From positions 195,499 to 259,498 of the forward strand of contig CBDFIB010000004.1 in NCBI GenBank assembly GCA_965247925.1: 64,000 bases of DNA, in the 5' to 3' direction. Source of the stretch: Dehalococcoidia bacterium. Its GTDB lineage: Bacteria; Chloroflexota; Dehalococcoidia; UBA2979. Positions 37,525 through 47,229 of this stretch are shown piece by piece. Position 1 is the first letter of the stretch. Every line of letters begins with the position of its first letter. Under the pieces are notes generated by a model. That model was not told where the DNA came from and ran no database searches. It saw only the letters and a list, made by a program, of their open reading frames with translations. The position numbers were made by a program, and so were the translations under genes.

Positions 37525-39027
37525 TTAGCGCGCGCGCCCGAGGGCGTAGTGAACGAGCGTGCGCGCTGTCGCGCCGGCGTTGCCCTTGACCAGCACCCCG
37601 CGGTCGCGGGCCGCGTCCATCACGCCGGCGATGTCGAGGTGCGCCCAGGGCGTGTCTCCGGCGAAGCGCTCGAGGAACTTCGCGGCAGTGATCGACCCGG
37701 CATTGCGGCCGCCCGTGTTCTTGATGTCGGCCACGTCGGAGCGGATCTGCTCGTCGTACTCGTCGTCCAGCGGGAAGCGCCAGAGCTTCTCGCCGGACGC
37801 CGCCGCGGCGCGCTCGAGGTCGGCGTAGAGCCGGTCGTTGTTCGCGAAGACGCCGATCCGCACGTTGCCGAGCGCGACGGCCATCGCCCCGGTCAGCGTC
37901 GCCACGTCGACGAGCGGCGTGCAGCCCTGGGACTTCGCGTAGGCGAGCGCGTCGGCGAGCACGAGGCGGCCCTCGGCGTCGGTGTTGATCACCTCGATCG
38001 ACTGGCCGTCCATCGCGTAGAAGACGTCGCCGGGTTTGGTCGCCGAGCCGCCGGGCATGTTCTCCGTGCAGGGGGCGATCGCGGTCACGTTGATGGCGGG
38101 CTCGAGGCGGGCGATCGCGCCGATCGCTCCGATCACGGCCGCCGCGCCGCTCATGTCGCCCTTCATCCGCTCCATGCCCGCCGGCGGCTTGAGCGAGATG
38201 CCGCCCGTGTCGAAGGTGATGCCCTTGCCGACGAGGCCGATGCTGCGCCGGCCGCGCCCGCCGCGATAGCGCAGCACGATGAACTTCGGCGGCTGCTGCG
38301 ACCCCTGGGCGACCGAGAGGTAGGAGTTCATCCCGAGCCGCTCGGCCGCCGCCCGCTCGATCACCTCGCACTCGATGCCGAGCTCGTCGGCGCGGGCCTG
38401 GGCCTGCTCGGCGACATCGCTGGGGGTCATCAGGTTGGCGGGCGAGTTGGCGAGGTCGCGCGTGAAGTTCTGCGCCTCGGCGAGGATGGCGCCCCGCTCC
38501 GCGCCTCGGGCCGCCGCGCCTGCCCGCCGCTCCGAGGTCTCGACGATGGTCAGCCCCGCCACCGATCCGCGCGGCTTGTCCTGCGCGCGGGTGCGGTACC
38601 GGTCGTAGCGGTAGAGGCCGAGCTCGAAGGCCTCGGCGAGGATGCGTCCGGTCGCCTCGGCGTCGCGGTCCGCGAGGGCGGCGCCCTGCGCCGAGAGCGC
38701 GACGTTGCCGGCGTCCAGGCCGCGCAGGGCGCGCGCCAGGCCGGCCGTCTGGTTGCGCAGCCGGTCCGGCGTCAGCTGGTCGCGTTTGCCGAGTCCCTGC
38801 ACCACGACGCGCGCGGCGGGAATGCGTCCGCCGGTGGCCAGCGGAGTTACCTCGTTCGCGCGGCCGGGCGCCAGGCCGGAGCGCAGCAGCGCGGTGATCG
38901 CGCCGTCCAGCGCCCGGTCGAGCGCGGCCGCCGCGCCGCTCAGGCGCCGTGTCTCCTCCGGCAGCGCGACGACGATCGTGTCTGCTTGCTGGGCCGCCAG
39001 TTCCCCGCTCACGACATCGATTTGCAT
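37525..39027 (-). CDS. pepA: Leucyl aminopeptidase (M17)
   Basis: NTDAEGRL, M17 catalytic region VGKGITFDTGG. Confidence 0.85.
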   Translation of the reverse strand: MQIDVVSGELAAQQADTIVVALPEETRRLSGAAAALDRALDGAITALLRSGLAPGRANEVTPLATGGRIPAARVVVQGLGKRDQLTPDRLRNQTAGLARALRGLDAGNVALSAQGAALADRDAEATGRILAEAFELGLYRYDRYRTRAQDKPRGSVAGLTIVETSERRAGAAARGAERGAILAEAQNFTRDLANSPANLMTPSDVAEQAQARADELGIECEVIERAAAERLGMNSYLSVAQGSQQPPKFIVLRYRGGRGRRSIGLVGKGITFDTGGISLKPPAGMERMKGDMSGAAAVIGAIGAIARLEPAINVTAIAPCTENMPGGSATKPGDVFYAMDGQSIEVINTDAEGRLVLADALAYAKSQGCTPLVDVATLTGAMAVALGNVRIGVFANNDRLYADLERAAAASGEKLWRFPLDDEYDEQIRSDVADIKNTGGRNAGSITAAKFLERFAGDTPWAHLDIAGVMDAARDRGVLVKGNAGATARTLVHYALGRAR

Positions 39028-39162
39028 CGGGGGTTCCTTTCGTAGCCTTGGGACATCCGGGTGACGCTCGAAGGCGAGCGTACGCTATCATTAGCGAACG
39101 GCCCGGCTCCGGGAACGGCGCCCGGTCAGGGCGAACACAGACGCTACGGTGCAGGGGTTGCG

Positions 39163-40029
39163 ATGAAGACGTTGCGAGCGCGTCTTGCGCGCTATCTCTT
39201 CCTTTCGACCGATCCGCGACGCCGCGGCCTGAGCTGGTGGGACGCCTCGGAGCTGGGGCTCGTCGCCCTGGGGTTCCTGCTGTACTTCCTCGTACGCGGC
39301 GCGGTGGTGGATCGCACGGCGGACGCCTTCGCGAACGCGCACTGGATCGTGAACCTGCAGTTCACGTACGGGCTGTTCGTGGAGCCGGCCTTCCAGGCCT
39401 GGGTGCTGGAGTACGAGCTGCTGCGGCGCGGGCTCAACTTCGTCTACTTCTGGATGGACTTCCCGCTGATCGTCGCGGTTGCGATGGTGATGTTCTGGAA
39501 GCGCCGCCACGCCTACACGCTGACGCGCGACTCGATCCTGATCTCTGGTGGGCTCGCGCTCGTCGTCTACTGGCTCTACCCGGTTGCCCCGCCGCGCTTC
39601 CTCAAAGAATGGGGCTTCATCGACACGCTCGAGGTCTACGACAACCTCTCGTATCAGGCGCAGTCGCTTCAGCCGTTCGTGAACCCGTTTGCGGCGGTGC
39701 CCTCACTGCATGTCGGCTGGGCGCTGCTGCTGGCCGTCGGGGTGTTCGCGGCGACACGCAACCCGTGGCTGCGCGGGGCGTCGCTGCTGACCTTCGTGCT
39801 GCAGTCGATCGCCGTGGTGGGAACCGGGAATCACTACATCTTCGACGGCCTCGCCGGTCTCGCCGTCTGCGGCATTGCGCTGGGCCTGACGCTGGTGCTG
39901 CACCGCGGCGGCTATCCGCGGCTCCGGAGAGGGCTGGAGGCGTGGGCCGGGATGGCGCCATCACGCTCGTCGCTACGCCGGCCCTCGCGTCCGTCGCCCC
40001 GCGGACTGCGCCCGGGGGCGTCGTCGTAG
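39163..40029 (+). CDS. PAP2-superfamily membrane protein (PAP2_3-like)
   Basis: Multi-TM; PSLHVGWA acid phosphatase motif. Start at ATG 39163. Confidence 0.65.
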   Translation: MKTLRARLARYLFLSTDPRRRGLSWWDASELGLVALGFLLYFLVRGAVVDRTADAFANAHWIVNLQFTYGLFVEPAFQAWVLEYELLRRGLNFVYFWMDFPLIVAVAMVMFWKRRHAYTLTRDSILISGGLALVVYWLYPVAPPRFLKEWGFIDTLEVYDNLSYQAQSLQPFVNPFAAVPSLHVGWALLLAVGVFAATRNPWLRGASLLTFVLQSIAVVGTGNHYIFDGLAGLAVCGIALGLTLVLHRGGYPRLRRGLEAWAGMAPSRSSLRRPSRPSPRGLRPGASS

Positions 40030-40249
40030 CCGGGACGCAAGCAAGCCTCGACGCGCGGTCGCGCCGCATTGCCCCTCGCGGAAATGCCGTGGTAGCGTGG
40101 TGCAGTAGTCGCGGGCGCATGGAAGCGCCCGGCCTGAGGGCGGTCGCCAGGGAGCGACAGCGGCTATCGCCCGGTCGGGGAAGACCGGAGCGGGTGTGTG
40201 CAGGCGGCGTGGACATAGAAGCAGAACAGGACCAGATCAGAACCACCGC

Positions 40250-40516
40250 ATGAAATCCGTAGAGCGCAAGCTCGAACTCATTGCCGAGTACCAGACGCAC
40301 GAGGGTGACACCGGGTCCCCCGAGGTGCAGGTCGCACTACTCACCGAGCGCATCAAGCATCTGACGGGTCACCTCCGCACGCATACGCACGACTACGACA
40401 CGCGGCGCGGCCTGCTCAAGCTCGTCGGCCAGCGCCGCCGTCAGCTCCGCTACCTCAGCAAGAAGGATGTGGGGCGTTACCGCACGCTCATTGGCAGACT
40501 GGGGCTGCGCCGCTAG
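40250..40516 (+). CDS. rpsO: 30S ribosomal protein S15
   Basis: [35 protein letters not shown]..., 88 aa. Confidence 0.9.
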   Translation: MKSVERKLELIAEYQTHEGDTGSPEVQVALLTERIKHLTGHLRTHTHDYDTRRGLLKLVGQRRRQLRYLSKKDVGRYRTLIGRLGLRR

Positions 40517-40685
40517 CGCGCTCCTCGCTGCTCCTTCCCCGTTCCGGCGTCATTCATTGCACGCGATACGTGTGGCCTCGCGCACGCGCTTCGGGAGAGG
40601 GAGCGAGACAGATCAGAGCACGAATCCACCAGCAGCTACGGCACAACGGGGCGCCAGCACACGCGCGCGCCCGAGGAAGGAGCGC

Positions 40686-43172
40686 ATGACCAGCGCCCAG
40701 CGACTTGAGATCGAAGAACGAACCTTCAGCACGGAGATCGAGGGCAAGCCCTTCACCGTCGGCGTCGGGCTGCTGGCCCTCAACGCCGCCGCCTCCTGCA
40801 CCATCCGCTACGGCGACACGATGATCCTGTCCACCGTCGCCGAGGACGACGCCCGCGAGGGCATCGACTTCTTCCCGCTCACCATCGACTTCGAGGAGCG
40901 GATGTACGCGATCGGGAAGATCCCCGGCTCGTTCTTCCGCCGCGAGGGCCGGCCCGGCAACGAGGCGATCCTCGCCGCACGCATGACGGATCGGCCGATC
41001 CGCCCGCTCTTCCCCAAGGGCTTCCGGCGCGAGATCCAGGTGGTGCTGACCACCCTCTCCGCCGACCGCGAGCACCCCGCCGACGTCTTCGGCACGACGG
41101 CCGCCTCGATGGTGCTCGGTATGTCCAGCATCCCGTTCGAGGGCCCGGTCTCGTCGGTGCGCGTCGCGCGCGTCGACGGGAGCTTCAAGGCGCTCCCCAC
41201 CTACGAAGAGATCGCCGAGTCCGACATCGACCTGATCGTGGCCGGCACCGAAGACTCGATCGTGATGATCGAGGCGGGCGCCAACGAGGTGCCCGAGGCC
41301 GAGGTGATCGAGGCGATCGAGTACGCCCAGGGCGCGATCGCGCAGCTGAACGCGCTGCAGCGCGAGATCTTCGCCGAGCTCGGCAAGGAGAAGGCCTCGT
41401 TCGATCTGCCCACTCCGGACACGGAGATGAAAGAGAAGGTCCGTGAGGCCCTCGTGGGCCGCGAGGAGGAGATGCTGGCCGCCGTCCAGGGCGAAGGCTG
41501 GCGCGGCGTCGACGCCCTCGGCAAGGAGGCCTACGCCGCGATCGGCGACGACACGCTGAACGCCCGCGCCGTGCGCAACGCCGTCGAGGACGAGATCAAG
41601 GTGCTGGTGAGGCGGCGCATCCTGGAGGAGGGCCTGCGGCCCGACGATCGCGAGATCGACCAGGTGCGCGGCCTGCACTCCTCGGTCGGCCTGCTGCCGC
41701 GCGCACACGGCAGCGGCCTCTTCCGCCGCGGCGGCACGCAGATCCTCTCGGTCGCGACGCTCGGCTCGCTCGGCGAACGCCAGCGCCTCGACACGCTCGC
41801 GCCGACGCAGTTCAAGCGCTACATGCACCACTACAACTTCCCGCCGTATTCGGTCGGCGAGGCGCGCTTCATGCGCGGCCCCGGCCGCCGCGAGATCGGC
41901 CACGGCCTGCTCGCCGAGCGCGCGCTGGAGCCGGTCCTGCCGGACAGCGATGAGTTCCCCTACGCGCTGCGCGTCGTCTCCGATGCGCTGATGTCGAATG
42001 GTTCGACCTCGATGGGGTCGGTCTGTGGGTCGACGCTGGCGCTGATGGACGCGGGCGTGCCGATCACGGCGCCGGTGGCCGGCATCGCGATGGGCCTGAT
42101 CACCGGCGAGGGCGACGACTACCGCGTGCTCACCGACATCGCCGGCATCGAGGACGGCCTCGGTGACATGGACTTCAAGGTCGCCGGCACCGAGCGCGGC
42201 GTGACCGCGATGCAGATGGACACCAAGCTGCAATCGCTGCCGGATGGGCTGCTCGAAACGGTCTTCGTCCGCGCCCGCGAGGCGCGGATGACGATCCTCG
42301 AGGTGATGCTCGACGCGATCCCGGAGCCGCGTGACGAGATGTCGGAGTACGCGCCGCGCGTCGAGTTGATCCAGATCGACCGCGAGAAGATCGGCGCGGT
42401 GATCGGGCCCGGCGGCCGCGTCATCAACGCCATCCAGGAAGAGACCGGCTCGAAGATCACCGTCGAGGACGACGGCACCGTGCTGGTCGCCGGCACCGAC
42501 GCAGACGGCGTCCGCAGGGCGCTCGACACGATCCGCGGCCTGACCAAGGAGGTCGAGATCGGCGAGGTCTACGAGGGTTCGGTCAGCCGCATCATGGCCT
42601 TCGGCGCCTTCGTCGAGATCCTGCCGGGCAAGGACGGCCTGGTGCACATCTCCGACCTCGCCGACTACCACGTCAACCGCGTGGAGGACGAGGTCTCCGA
42701 GGGCGAAGTGCTGCGCGTGCAGGTGATCGAGATCGACAACCTCGGGCGCATCAACCTCACGCGCCTGCGTGACGGCGACGACGGCAGTGAGCGCGTCGGC
42801 CTCGCCGACGGCGCCGACGAGCCGCAGCGCGAGCCCGCCTTCAGCGGCGGCGGCGGAGGCCGTGGCGGTCCCGGCGGCGGAGGTCGTGGCGGTCCCGTCC
42901 CGGCGGCGGAGGTCGTGGTGGTCCCGGCGGCGGAGGCCGTGGTGGCCCCGGCGGCGGAGGCCGTGGTGGCCCCGGCGGCGGAGGTCGTGGTGGTCCCGGC
43001 GGCGGAGGTCGTGGTGGTCCCGGCGGCGGAGGTCGTGGTGGTCCCGGCGGAGGCCGTGGTGGTCCCGGCGGCGGAGGCCGTGGTGGTCCCGCCGGAGGCC
43101 GTGGTGGTCCCGGCGGCGGCGGCGGCAACCCGGCGGCGGCGGTGGCGGTGGCGAGCGCGGCGGTGGTGGTAG
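40686..43172 (+). CDS. pnp: Polyribonucleotide nucleotidyltransferase (PNPase); C-terminal low-complexity tail is out of frame as sequenced
   Basis: Two RNase PH domains, KH and S1 (GKDGLVHISDL). After the S1 domain the ORF enters a 24/27-nt repeat. It reads GGGGGRGGPGGGGRGGP, then shifts to PAAEVVVV... at a 'gtccc' duplication (42896-42900). Confidence 0.9.
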   Translation: MTSAQRLEIEERTFSTEIEGKPFTVGVGLLALNAAASCTIRYGDTMILSTVAEDDAREGIDFFPLTIDFEERMYAIGKIPGSFFRREGRPGNEAILAARMTDRPIRPLFPKGFRREIQVVLTTLSADREHPADVFGTTAASMVLGMSSIPFEGPVSSVRVARVDGSFKALPTYEEIAESDIDLIVAGTEDSIVMIEAGANEVPEAEVIEAIEYAQGAIAQLNALQREIFAELGKEKASFDLPTPDTEMKEKVREALVGREEEMLAAVQGEGWRGVDALGKEAYAAIGDDTLNARAVRNAVEDEIKVLVRRRILEEGLRPDDREIDQVRGLHSSVGLLPRAHGSGLFRRGGTQILSVATLGSLGERQRLDTLAPTQFKRYMHHYNFPPYSVGEARFMRGPGRREIGHGLLAERALEPVLPDSDEFPYALRVVSDALMSNGSTSMGSVCGSTLALMDAGVPITAPVAGIAMGLITGEGDDYRVLTDIAGIEDGLGDMDFKVAGTERGVTAMQMDTKLQSLPDGLLETVFVRAREARMTILEVMLDAIPEPRDEMSEYAPRVELIQIDREKIGAVIGPGGRVINAIQEETGSKITVEDDGTVLVAGTDADGVRRALDTIRGLTKEVEIGEVYEGSVSRIMAFGAFVEILPGKDGLVHISDLADYHVNRVEDEVSEGEVLRVQVIEIDNLGRINLTRLRDGDDGSERVGLADGADEPQREPAFSGGGGGRGGPGGGGRGGPVPAAEVVVVPAAEAVVAPAAEAVVAPAAEVVVVPAAEVVVVPAAEVVVVPAEAVVVPAAEAVVVPPEAVVVPAAAAATRRRRWRWRARRWW
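42846..43150 (+). repeat. Tandem 24/27-nt GC-rich repeat (about 11 units, ggc ggc gga ggy cgt ggy ggy ccc) encoding (GGGGRGGP)n
   Basis: Read directly. It lies within the 3' end of pnp and contains two frame-breaking indels. Confidence 0.85.
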
Positions 43173-43231
43173 TGGCGGCGACGGCGGTCGCCGCTGGTAG
43201 CCCCGAGGCCGTGAACTGAGTCGCTACACTT

Positions 43232-43257
43232 GCGCCCCGCCCCACCAGGCGGGGCGC
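43232..43257 (+). terminator. Putative terminator hairpin after pnp (GCGCCCCGC-cccaccag-GCGGGGCGC)
   Basis: Perfect 9-bp GC stem. Weak U-tract, as is common in GC-rich genomes. Confidence 0.45.
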
Positions 43258-43295
43258 AGTCGTTGCGGGCGCGCAGTGCGGACAGGGGGCGCCGG

Positions 43296-44087
43296 ATGAT
43301 TCGGGCAGTGGTCAGCGGAAGCGGCAACATGGGTGCTCAGGTCCTCGCCACGCTCGAGGCCGCCGAGGACATCGAGCCGGTGGGCGTCGTCGAGCCGCTC
43401 GCCGGAGAGACGGGCGAGCTTGAGGCAGCGAGCGGGGCGACGTACCCGCTCTCCTCGGATCCCGCTGCGCTGTTCGCGCAGTTGAGCCCGGACGTGGTGG
43501 TGGACTTCACGAACGCCGCCTTCACGCCGACGCTCGCCGAGGCCTGCCTGGCGCACGGTGTGCGTCCGGTGATCGGCACCTCGGGCCAGCCGGACGAGTT
43601 CGTAGCGACGCTGCGCGAGCGCCTCGCGGAGCGCGCGCTGGGCGGCGTGGTCGCGCCCAACTTCGCCCTCGGCGCGGTGCTGTTGATGCACCTCGCGACG
43701 CTCGCCTCCCCGCACTTCGACGCGGTCGAGGTGATCGAGCTGCACCACGACGGCAAGGTGGACTCGCCCTCGGGCACGGCCGTCGCGACCGCGCAGCTGA
43801 TGCGCGAGGCGAGAGGTCGCGACTTCGACCACCGCAGCTCGGACCTCGAGGCGATCGCGGGCGCGCGAGGCGCGGAGCTGGGCGGCGTCGCGCTGCACTC
43901 GGTGCGGCTGCCGGGGCTGGTGGCGCATCAGGAGGTGATCTTCGGCGGCACGGGCCAGACGCTGACCCTGCGCCACGACTCGACGGGCCGGGACTCGTTC
44001 ATGCCGGGCGTGCTGCTCGCCGTCCGCGAGGTGATGCAGCGCGAGAGCCTCGTCTACGGCCTCGACGCGCTGATCGGGTTGGGTTAG
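43296..44087 (+). CDS. dapB: 4-hydroxy-tetrahydrodipicolinate reductase
   Basis: MIRAVVSGSGNMG NAD(P)-binding N-terminus. HHDGKVDSPSGTA motif. Confidence 0.9.
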   Translation: MIRAVVSGSGNMGAQVLATLEAAEDIEPVGVVEPLAGETGELEAASGATYPLSSDPAALFAQLSPDVVVDFTNAAFTPTLAEACLAHGVRPVIGTSGQPDEFVATLRERLAERALGGVVAPNFALGAVLLMHLATLASPHFDAVEVIELHHDGKVDSPSGTAVATAQLMREARGRDFDHRSSDLEAIAGARGAELGGVALHSVRLPGLVAHQEVIFGGTGQTLTLRHDSTGRDSFMPGVLLAVREVMQRESLVYGLDALIGLG

Positions 44088-44090
44088 GGC

Positions 44091-44267
44091 TCAGTCTCGC
44101 TGCGTGCTCCCGGCAGCCCGGGTCCGAGATTCGGTGGGCTGGGTTGACCCTCGCTCCGCCTCGAACCGTTCGAGCACGCGGTCCGCGGCGCGAACGACCT
44201 GCTCGAAGGGGATCCTGCCTTGCTCGTACTCCCGGTAGAGGTCACGGATGCGCGGCGTGGCGGTCAT
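44091..44267 (-). CDS. Hypothetical small protein (58 aa), translationally coupled to 44264..44548
   Basis: MTATPRIRDLYREYEQGRIPFEQVVRAADRVLERFEAERG... ATG at 44267. Confidence 0.35.
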   Translation of the reverse strand: MTATPRIRDLYREYEQGRIPFEQVVRAADRVLERFEAERGSTQPTESRTRAAGSTQRD

Positions 44268-44548
44268 TGGCGGACTCCCCTCAGGGAGATTCGGATGTTC
44301 GGCTCGTACCACATCGCCCAGAACCAGTGGCGTGGTTCAAGGTGGTGCACCGGGCCAGGCTCGATGCCCGCTGCCGAGACCGCGAGCGAGCGCAATGGCA
44401 GCGATTCGGCCTCGGACAGATCCTCGATGAGCCAGGCCGTCGCAACATTCGTCCGGCCATGCTCGTAACCGCAGTCTAGTTCGTGTGCGACGGCGTGCCT
44501 GCAGACATCGCATGCCTCCACGATCGGCTCGGCGTGGAACTCGATCAC
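44264..44548 (-). CDS. Hypothetical small protein (94 aa, Cys/His-rich N-terminus) in a lower-GC islet
   Basis: MIEFHAEPIVEACDVCRHAVAHELDCGYEHG... Codon third positions are less GC-biased than in neighbouring genes. Its stop overlaps the ATG of the next small ORF (ATGA). Confidence 0.4.
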   Translation of the reverse strand: MIEFHAEPIVEACDVCRHAVAHELDCGYEHGRTNVATAWLIEDLSEAESLPLRSLAVSAAGIEPGPVHHLEPRHWFWAMWYEPNIRISLRGVRQ

Positions 44549-44696
44549 ACGGAACCTGCGCCCTCATAGAGAATGACACGCTTGTGTGCGCACTTTAGCA
44601 CATCAGTACAGCTCGCGCCGACTGCCGAGGGCGTTCCGGGGGCCGCGGACGCCCCGATCGTCGCATAGGCCGCACGCCACGCGATATGATCGAGCC

Positions 44697-45722
44697 ATGA
44701 GCAACTCCGAAGGACTCGATGTCGCCGTGATCGGCGCGACGGGCGCGGTCGGGGCCGTGTTCCTCGATGTCGCGGCCGAGCGTAATTTCCCGATCGCGAA
44801 CCTGCGGCTGCTTGCGACCTCGCGCTCGGCCGGGCGGGAGCTGCGCTTCCGCGACGAGATGATCACCGTGCTGGAGACCAGCGAGGAGTCGTTGGCCGGC
44901 GCGGACCTTGTCTTCTGCTCGGCCACGGCCGCGGCCTCGCGACACTGGGGGCCGCGGATCGCCGCCGCCGGGGGCGTGCTGATCGACGACGGCTCGGCGT
45001 TCCGCATGGAGCCGAACGTCCCGCTCGTCATTCCCGAGGTCAACGGCGACGACCTCGAGTGGCACGGGGGCATCATCTCGATCCCCAACTGCACGACGAC
45101 CCCGCTCGCCCTCGCGCTGCACGCGATGCGCGAGGTGGCCGCGCTGCGGCGCGTCACCGCCGCGACGTACCAGGCCGTCTCCGGCAGCGGCACCGCCGCC
45201 GTCGAGGAGCTGGCGCTGCAGCTCCGCGCCTACGGGCGGGGCGGGCCCGTGCCCGAGCCGCAGGAGTACCCGCACCAGATCGCCCTCAACGTGTTGCCGC
45301 ACGTCGATGACTTCACCGAGGACGGCTACACCCGCGAAGAGCTGAAGATGCGCAACGAGACGCGCAAGATCCTGCACCTGCCGGAGCTGGCGTTCTCCTC
45401 GACCTGCGTGCGCGTGCCGACGATGGTCGGGCACGCCGAGGCGGTGCACGCGGAGTTCGACGGCCCGGTGCCGCTGGAGGCGCTGCGCGAGGCGATCGAG
45501 GCGCAGGACGGCCTCGAGCTGCTCGACGAGCCCGCCGAGGCGCGCTACCCGACGCCGCTCAACACCGAGGGCGACGACCGCACCTTCGTCGGGCGGCTGC
45601 GCACGGACTCCTCGGTCGAGCACGGCGTCGCCTTCTGGTGCGTGACGGACAACCTGCGCAAGGGCGCCGCGACCAACGCGATCCAGATCGCCGAGGAGTT
45701 GATCCGCCGGGGCAAACTGTAG
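44697..45722 (+). CDS. asd: Aspartate-semialdehyde dehydrogenase
   Basis: VAVIGATGAVG, catalytic Cys (IPNCTTT). Start at ATG 44697. Confidence 0.9.
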   Translation: MSNSEGLDVAVIGATGAVGAVFLDVAAERNFPIANLRLLATSRSAGRELRFRDEMITVLETSEESLAGADLVFCSATAAASRHWGPRIAAAGGVLIDDGSAFRMEPNVPLVIPEVNGDDLEWHGGIISIPNCTTTPLALALHAMREVAALRRVTAATYQAVSGSGTAAVEELALQLRAYGRGGPVPEPQEYPHQIALNVLPHVDDFTEDGYTREELKMRNETRKILHLPELAFSSTCVRVPTMVGHAEAVHAEFDGPVPLEALREAIEAQDGLELLDEPAEARYPTPLNTEGDDRTFVGRLRTDSSVEHGVAFWCVTDNLRKGAATNAIQIAEELIRRGKL

Positions 45723-45798
45723 GCCAGAGGGCTATAAGAGACCGACAGGCGGACGGGCTGCGTCCATCCAGACAGGCAGAACCCGGCGGAGGTGTGCC

Positions 45799-46695
45799 AT
45801 GACAAACGAGATCGGACGCGTGCTCACGGCCATGGTCACGCCCTTCGGCGCGGATGGTGTCGACGAGGAAGCGCTGGGCCGCCTCGCGCGGGCGCTCCTG
45901 TCCTCGGGGTCGGACGGCCTCGTGATCACCGGCACCACGGGCGAGGCGCCCTCGCTGAGCATGGAGGAGCAGGTCGCCGTCTGGCGCGCGGTGCGCGCGG
46001 CCGTCGGGCCGGATGCGGCCCTGGTGGCGGGAGCCTCGACGAACTCGACCGCCGAGTCGCTGCAGCTCGTCGAGCAGGGCGCGGAGGCGGGCATGGACGC
46101 GCTGATGCTGACCGTGCCGTACTACAACAAGCCGCCCCAGGAGGGCCTGGTGCGGCACTTCACGACGCTCGCCGAGGCGACGCCGCTGCCCTGCATCCTC
46201 TACAACGTGCCCTCGCGCACCTCGCTCAACATGGCCGCGGAGACGACGCTGCGGCTGGCCGAGGCGCCGAACATCATCGGGGTGAAGGAGGCGTCGGGCG
46301 ACTTCGACCAGATCGCCGCGATCCTCGAGGGCGCGCCCGAGGGCTTCCGGATGTGGTCGGGGAACGACGGCGACACGGCGCAGATGGTCGAGATGGGTGG
46401 CTACGGGGTGATCTCGGTGGCCTCGCACCTCGTCGGCGATCAGATCCACGAGATGGTCGCGGCGGCGGCGGACGGCCGTCACGACGACGCGCAGGCGCTC
46501 CATGAGCGGCTGCTGCCGCTGGTGGACATCCTCTTCATCGAGTCGAACCCGATCCCGGTCAAGTTCGCGCTCAACGAGGTGGGCGTGACGGCCGGCGAGC
46601 CGCGGCTGCCGCTGATCCCGGCCTCGGAGGCCGCGCAGGCCGCGATCCGCGCGGAACTCGCGAAGCACCGCATCGACGTGACGGCGGCGGTGTAG
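45799..46695 (+). CDS. dapA: 4-hydroxy-tetrahydrodipicolinate synthase
   Basis: VTPF...GTTGE, Schiff-base lysine region (IIGVKEASGD). Confidence 0.9.
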   Translation: MTNEIGRVLTAMVTPFGADGVDEEALGRLARALLSSGSDGLVITGTTGEAPSLSMEEQVAVWRAVRAAVGPDAALVAGASTNSTAESLQLVEQGAEAGMDALMLTVPYYNKPPQEGLVRHFTTLAEATPLPCILYNVPSRTSLNMAAETTLRLAEAPNIIGVKEASGDFDQIAAILEGAPEGFRMWSGNDGDTAQMVEMGGYGVISVASHLVGDQIHEMVAAAADGRHDDAQALHERLLPLVDILFIESNPIPVKFALNEVGVTAGEPRLPLIPASEAAQAAIRAELAKHRIDVTAAV

Positions 46696-46704
46696 GCGCG
46701 GCCC

Positions 46705-47229
46705 TCAGGAGCGCCCGCGCCGCGGCCGTGCGCGCTGCACGCGGGGCCCGCCGCCGGAGCCCAGCTGTTGCTGGAGCAGTCGGGCGACCTCCGGTCGAGT
46801 GAAGGCGGAGTACTTCGTGGCGCCGCGTGAGCGGCGATTGCGCGCCCGTCCGAGGTCGATGAGCGCGACCCGGTCGTCGCTGAGGTGGCGGCTCCACTCG
46901 TCGTATGCGTCGACGAGATATCTGCCGAGCCTCGCGATCAAGCTCGGTCCGCTGGCGCTCCCGAGGCGACTCGGCGAGATGCGGAGCAGCCGCCCCGTGC
47001 CTTCGGCGATGAGCGTGTATACCTCCGGCCATACTCCCACCTGGCGGTGCTGATCCAGCGTGGCGAGGTAGTCGCAGTCCAGATCCCCGAGCATGCGCAG
47101 GAGGTCGCCGTCAGCCCGGCTGCGGATCCGCAGCCGGGGGTCGAGGACATGCAGTGGATCATGACCGAGCGCCTCGAAGATCAGCGCGAGTTCCGGCGGG
47201 AGATGCTCGTCGAGCAGGATGCGCGCTAT
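46705..47229 (-). CDS. PIN-like domain protein (DUF5615-like), putative toxin; start unresolved
   Basis: C-terminal ~170 codons of track ORF 46705..47646: (I)ARILLDEHLPPELALIFEALGHDP... The reading frame abuts the stop of the upstream HTH gene. No ATG/GTG/TTG is available at the expected N-terminus. Confidence 0.45.
   Translation of the reverse strand: MARILLDEHLPPELALIFEALGHDPLHVLDPRLRIRSRADGDLLRMLGDLDCDYLATLDQHRQVGVWPEVYTLIAEGTGRLLRISPSRLGSASGPSLIARLGRYLVDAYDEWSRHLSDDRVALIDLGRARNRRSRGATKYSAFTRPEVARLLQQQLGSGGGPRVQRARPRRGRS

Noticed and set aside
42846-43150. Possible CRISPR array because of regular 24/27-nt repeats.
   Set aside because: The units are directly abutting with no unique spacers, are in-frame coding (GGGGRGGP) and lie inside the pnp 3' end. 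This is a coding minisatellite, not CRISPR.
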